From assembly GCA_030550585.1 (NCBI GenBank), contig JAUQPB010000004.1:1-64000 (forward strand): a stretch of DNA of 64,000 nt. The letters are read 5' to 3'. Position 1 is the first letter of the stretch; each line of letters begins with the position of its first letter. Below the pieces are notes generated by a model that saw only the letters and a list, made by a program, of their open reading frames with translations, searched no databases and was not told where the DNA came from. This stretch comes from Thermoproteota archaeon. GTDB taxonomy: Archaea; Thermoproteota; Thermoprotei_A; Sulfolobales; Ignisphaeraceae. Both the position numbers and the translations under genes were made by a program. This document shows, one piece after another, positions 61,333 to 64,000 of this stretch.

Positions 61333-62055
61333 TTACGGCTTGACAGTATAATATAACCTCTTTTTGTTTCTTCCCTTGTTTTCTGCCTTCAGAAAGACTA
61401 TCTCCCCTATCTCCCTCGTGTTTCTCACATGAGGCCCTCCATCTGCTTGTATGTCAACCCCTGGTATCTCAACTATTCTGAGAACATCTATCTCAGGCGG
61501 CATTCTAGACGCTAGCTTCACTATCCCCGGTATCTTCATAGCCTCTTCCCTCTTCAGCCAGTATATCTTGACCTCGATCCCCTGCTGAACAACCTGGTTA
61601 GCTTTATTCACAGCATCTTTAAATATTTCTGGATTGAATTGCTCCAAGCTGTAGTCGTCATATGCCTTCTCTGGGTCTATGTTACCGCCTGTAATCAGCG
61701 CTCCATAATCTCTATACATAATTGCTGAGAGTATGTGTGCAGCTGTGTGCATTCTCATTATTCTGTATCTCCTATCCCAGTCTATAACACCTCTAACCTC
61801 ATCACCGGCAACAATATCGTGGTTTTCGGACTCTAGATAGTGTAGAACCTCGCCACTATCCTTATCCATGACAACTTTAACAACCCTATAGCCCTTACCG
61901 CCCTTGTAGATATAGCCAGTATCATGCTCCAAGCCACCGCTTCGAGGGTTGAAAGCTGTTTTATCTAAGACTATAACCTCTTTATCAACTCTTTTCACAG
62001 TTGCTGTAAACTCTTTCAAGTAGCTATCTTTTTGGTATAGCAAATCTGTAGCCAC
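61333..62055 (-). CDS. alaXM: Alanyl-tRNA editing protein AlaX-M
   Basis: LYQKDSY, RMHTAAH, QADGGPH; start at GTG 62055. Confidence 0.9.
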   Translation of the reverse strand: MATDLLYQKDSYLKEFTATVKRVDKEVIVLDKTAFNPRSGGLEHDTGYIYKGGKGYRVVKVVMDKDSGEVLHYLESENHDIVAGDEVRGVIDWDRRYRIMRMHTAAHILSAIMYRDYGALITGGNIDPEKAYDDYSLEQFNPEIFKDAVNKANQVVQQGIEVKIYWLKREEAMKIPGIVKLASRMPPEIDVLRIVEIPGVDIQADGGPHVRNTREIGEIVFLKAENKGRNKKRLYYTVKP

Positions 62056-62134
62056 AGAAAGTCGCCTAGAGATAGGGTATTCAGTACAGCAAAGTTTATA
62101 TAGATGCTTCGCCCTTAACTCTTTGGTGCTGTAT

Positions 62135-63175
62135 ATGCTTTCCAAACACCCACTCGACTTGCCTGTTGGCAGGAAGCTGACTAGGGAAGAGGTTGCAGAG
62201 GCTCTTAGGCTTGCTGTAATAGCCGAGCTTGATGCTATCAACCTCTATCTACAGCTTGCCAGAGCCATTGAAGATGAGAAGATTAGAAAGGTTTTCGAGG
62301 ATATTGCCAAAGAGGAGAAAACACATGTTGGCGAGTTTCTAGCGGTTTTAAAGTCTTTGGATAGCGAGCAGGTTGAGGAGCTTAGAAAAGGTGCTGAAGA
62401 GGTCAGTAGGTTAACTGGACTTGAATTTAAGGATCCTCCAAATAATGGCTCTGAGGATGTGTGGAAGGGTGTTTTGGATGTTATTGCAAAGACTGTTGAC
62501 TCTGTTAGGATCTTTAGAAAGTACCTGCCTGTAACAGTTGTTGGCAGAGGTGTTGACGGAGTTCCGCTAGAGGCTGTTGGCTCTGGCACCAGAGTTGTGA
62601 TACCCTTGGAGGAGATAAGCGTTGAGTTTAAGGTTTCGCAGAGATCTGTTGACTATGGAGAGGTCTACAAGCTTCCTACAGAGCTTGGCGATGGCTATAG
62701 AGCTGCTGTAGAATTCGCCTCAATGGAGGATAGATTCATACTCGAAAAGCTGCTGAAGCTCTCAAACACTATAAAACTCGATATTGGTAGCTGGGACGAG
62801 CCAGGACAAGCACTGCGAGAGGTTTCAGAAGCTATATCGAAAATGCTTGGAGGTGGTGTTAGAGAGCCATTCATATTATTCGTAAGTCCTGCTAGATATG
62901 CAAAGCTGTTGGCTGTTCACGAAAGGACAGGCGTGATGGAGATAACAAGGATTAAAGGCATTGTGAAAGAAGTTGTTGCCACACCGATACTACCAGATGA
63001 TACAGCACTACTTGTATCTGCCAACCCATATGTTCTAGATGTTGTCGTTGGCGTGGATACAAAAATAGACTATCTCGGACCTGAAAACGGCTATCACAAA
63101 CTGAGGATATGGGAGACAATAGCTGTTAGACCAAGAATGGAAAAGGGAATTGCAGTACTGAAGCAGGTAAAGTAG
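62135..63175 (+). CDS. Ferritin-like protein fused to family 1 encapsulin shell
   Basis: N-terminal AELDAINLY..EEKTHVGE di-iron motif; C-terminal RKYLP..GRG, A..ED, W..PG..., WETIAVR shell pattern. Confidence 0.9.
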   Translation: MLSKHPLDLPVGRKLTREEVAEALRLAVIAELDAINLYLQLARAIEDEKIRKVFEDIAKEEKTHVGEFLAVLKSLDSEQVEELRKGAEEVSRLTGLEFKDPPNNGSEDVWKGVLDVIAKTVDSVRIFRKYLPVTVVGRGVDGVPLEAVGSGTRVVIPLEEISVEFKVSQRSVDYGEVYKLPTELGDGYRAAVEFASMEDRFILEKLLKLSNTIKLDIGSWDEPGQALREVSEAISKMLGGGVREPFILFVSPARYAKLLAVHERTGVMEITRIKGIVKEVVATPILPDDTALLVSANPYVLDVVVGVDTKIDYLGPENGYHKLRIWETIAVRPRMEKGIAVLKQVK

Positions 63176-63179
63176 TGCT

Positions 63180-63236
63180 CATCAGCCTTGAAACACCTCA
63201 TCACATATCAATCAGTGTTCACAGCCATCATCACAG
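63180..63236 (-). ncRNA. Box C/D guide sRNA (23S rRNA targets)
   Basis: Minus strand: GTGATGA (C) TGGCTGTGAACA CTGA (D') TTGATAT GTGATGA (C') GGTGTTTCAAGG CTGA (D); guide complementary to conserved CUUGAAACAC. Confidence 0.9.
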
Positions 63237-63294
63237 CAGCTGTTTTCCAATCAAAATTTTTAATATTTTAAAGCATATATTTCTCTTGATTAAA

Positions 63295-63756
63295 ATGGGC
63301 ATCATCGAGGATATTGAGAAGAGGATTCTAAGGGCAATGATAATCTTCGTGGTTTTGCCTCCCACACCAATTATAATAGCCGTCATAATTTTTTCATATA
63401 TACTGAAAAGCATTAGCCTATTGCTAAACACATTGATTATTTTAACACCTATCATAGCATTATTCACAATTTTGAAGATATGGCTATGGAAAACAACATA
63501 TATTGAGCCCATCAAGAATCTTGAGAAACACATAAAGAATTTGAAGAATCTGGGATATCAAATAGATGACTCTACATATGTTGTTCTCCCTATAAACACA
63601 GCTGTTATCACAGTCAAAAGCTATAGCGATATACCGAAAAACCATGTATACAAGGTGGCAGCTGTAGAGACTGGGAGAAGAGGATACATAGCATTAATAG
63701 GCATTGCAAATGAAAATAACCAGATATATGATCTAACCAAGGTGAGGCCGCAGTAA
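63295..63756 (+). CDS. Hypothetical membrane protein
   Basis: Two TM segments; ATG 63295 preferred because the upstream part of the ORF is the antisense of an sRNA. Confidence 0.6.
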   Translation: MGIIEDIEKRILRAMIIFVVLPPTPIIIAVIIFSYILKSISLLLNTLIILTPIIALFTILKIWLWKTTYIEPIKNLEKHIKNLKNLGYQIDDSTYVVLPINTAVITVKSYSDIPKNHVYKVAAVETGRRGYIALIGIANENNQIYDLTKVRPQ

Positions 63757-63832
63757 AACAGCTGAGGATCTCTACACATCTAGCTGTTTTCGATAATGCT
63801 TATTAGAGTATGTTGTGTCAAGGTATTGCTGT

Positions 63833-63885
63833 AGATGATGAGTTCAAGACGGAATGACCAGTGATTGAAACTCCCCGACCTGATC
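63833..63885 (+). ncRNA. Box C/D guide sRNA (23S rRNA targets)
   Basis: ATGATGA (C) GTTCAAGACGGA ATGA (D') CCA GTGATTGA (C') AACTCCCCGAC CTGA (D); guides complementary to UCCGUCUUGAA and GUCGGGGAGUU. Confidence 0.85.
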
Positions 63886-64000
63886 AAAAGGCTATTGTAT
63901 GTTGGCATGTTTTAGGTTGTGATTTGCTCTACAGGATATAAGTTTTGTTGTTGCTATACATGAATGTGTATTTTATGAGTTTCGCTAGATATGCTGCAAT

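Noticed and set aside
63175-63294. His-rich N-terminus (HHISISVHSHHHS) of the last ORF as a metal-binding or encapsulin-cargo tag
   Set aside because: It is the antisense reading of the TGATGA boxes of a C/D sRNA; the real start is probably ATG 63295.
1-64000. tRNA, rRNA, CRISPR arrays, transposases, integrases, inteins
   Set aside because: None recognised by eye; no GC-rich structural RNA blocks or signature motifs. tRNAscan-SE/Infernal would be needed to exclude them formally.

Overview
Gene-dense, AT-rich (roughly 40% GC by eye) archaeal chromosome segment. The gene content suggests an anaerobic, saccharolytic hyperthermophilic crenarchaeon (Desulfurococcales/Ignisphaera-like; inferred): A. 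pernix-type O-phosphoserine sulfhydrylase, archaeal class I FBP aldolase, GH12, ferritin-encapsulin fusion and box C/D sRNAs. About 60 CDS. Main blocks: (i) a sulfur/Fe-S cluster (cysO <-> iscU-tusA-like-iscS-HTH); (ii) a VOC-larB-larC-DUF362-rpiB run in which the DUF362 protein carries the exact His-x9-Lys-x4-Gly-x10-His spacing of the nickel-pincer-binding residues of lactate racemase LarA, the top candidate for a new NPN-dependent enzyme system; (iii) a MoxR/DUF58/DUF4129/DUF4350 cluster; (iv) a sugar-catabolism region (GH2, 720-aa transaldolase-like protein, TIM-barrel isomerase, fucose-isomerase family, truncated permease and rhamnulokinase joined at a breakpoint, class II aldolase); (v) a ferritin-like/encapsulin fusion. 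Direct reading also shows four box C/D guide sRNAs (two of them tiling one short 23S rRNA segment), a 35-aa zinc-finger microprotein, a 56-aa membrane ORF, two frameshifted genes and a tandem palindromic operator. No tRNA, rRNA, CRISPR array or transposase was recognised. All calls come from motif recognition; no database searches were run.
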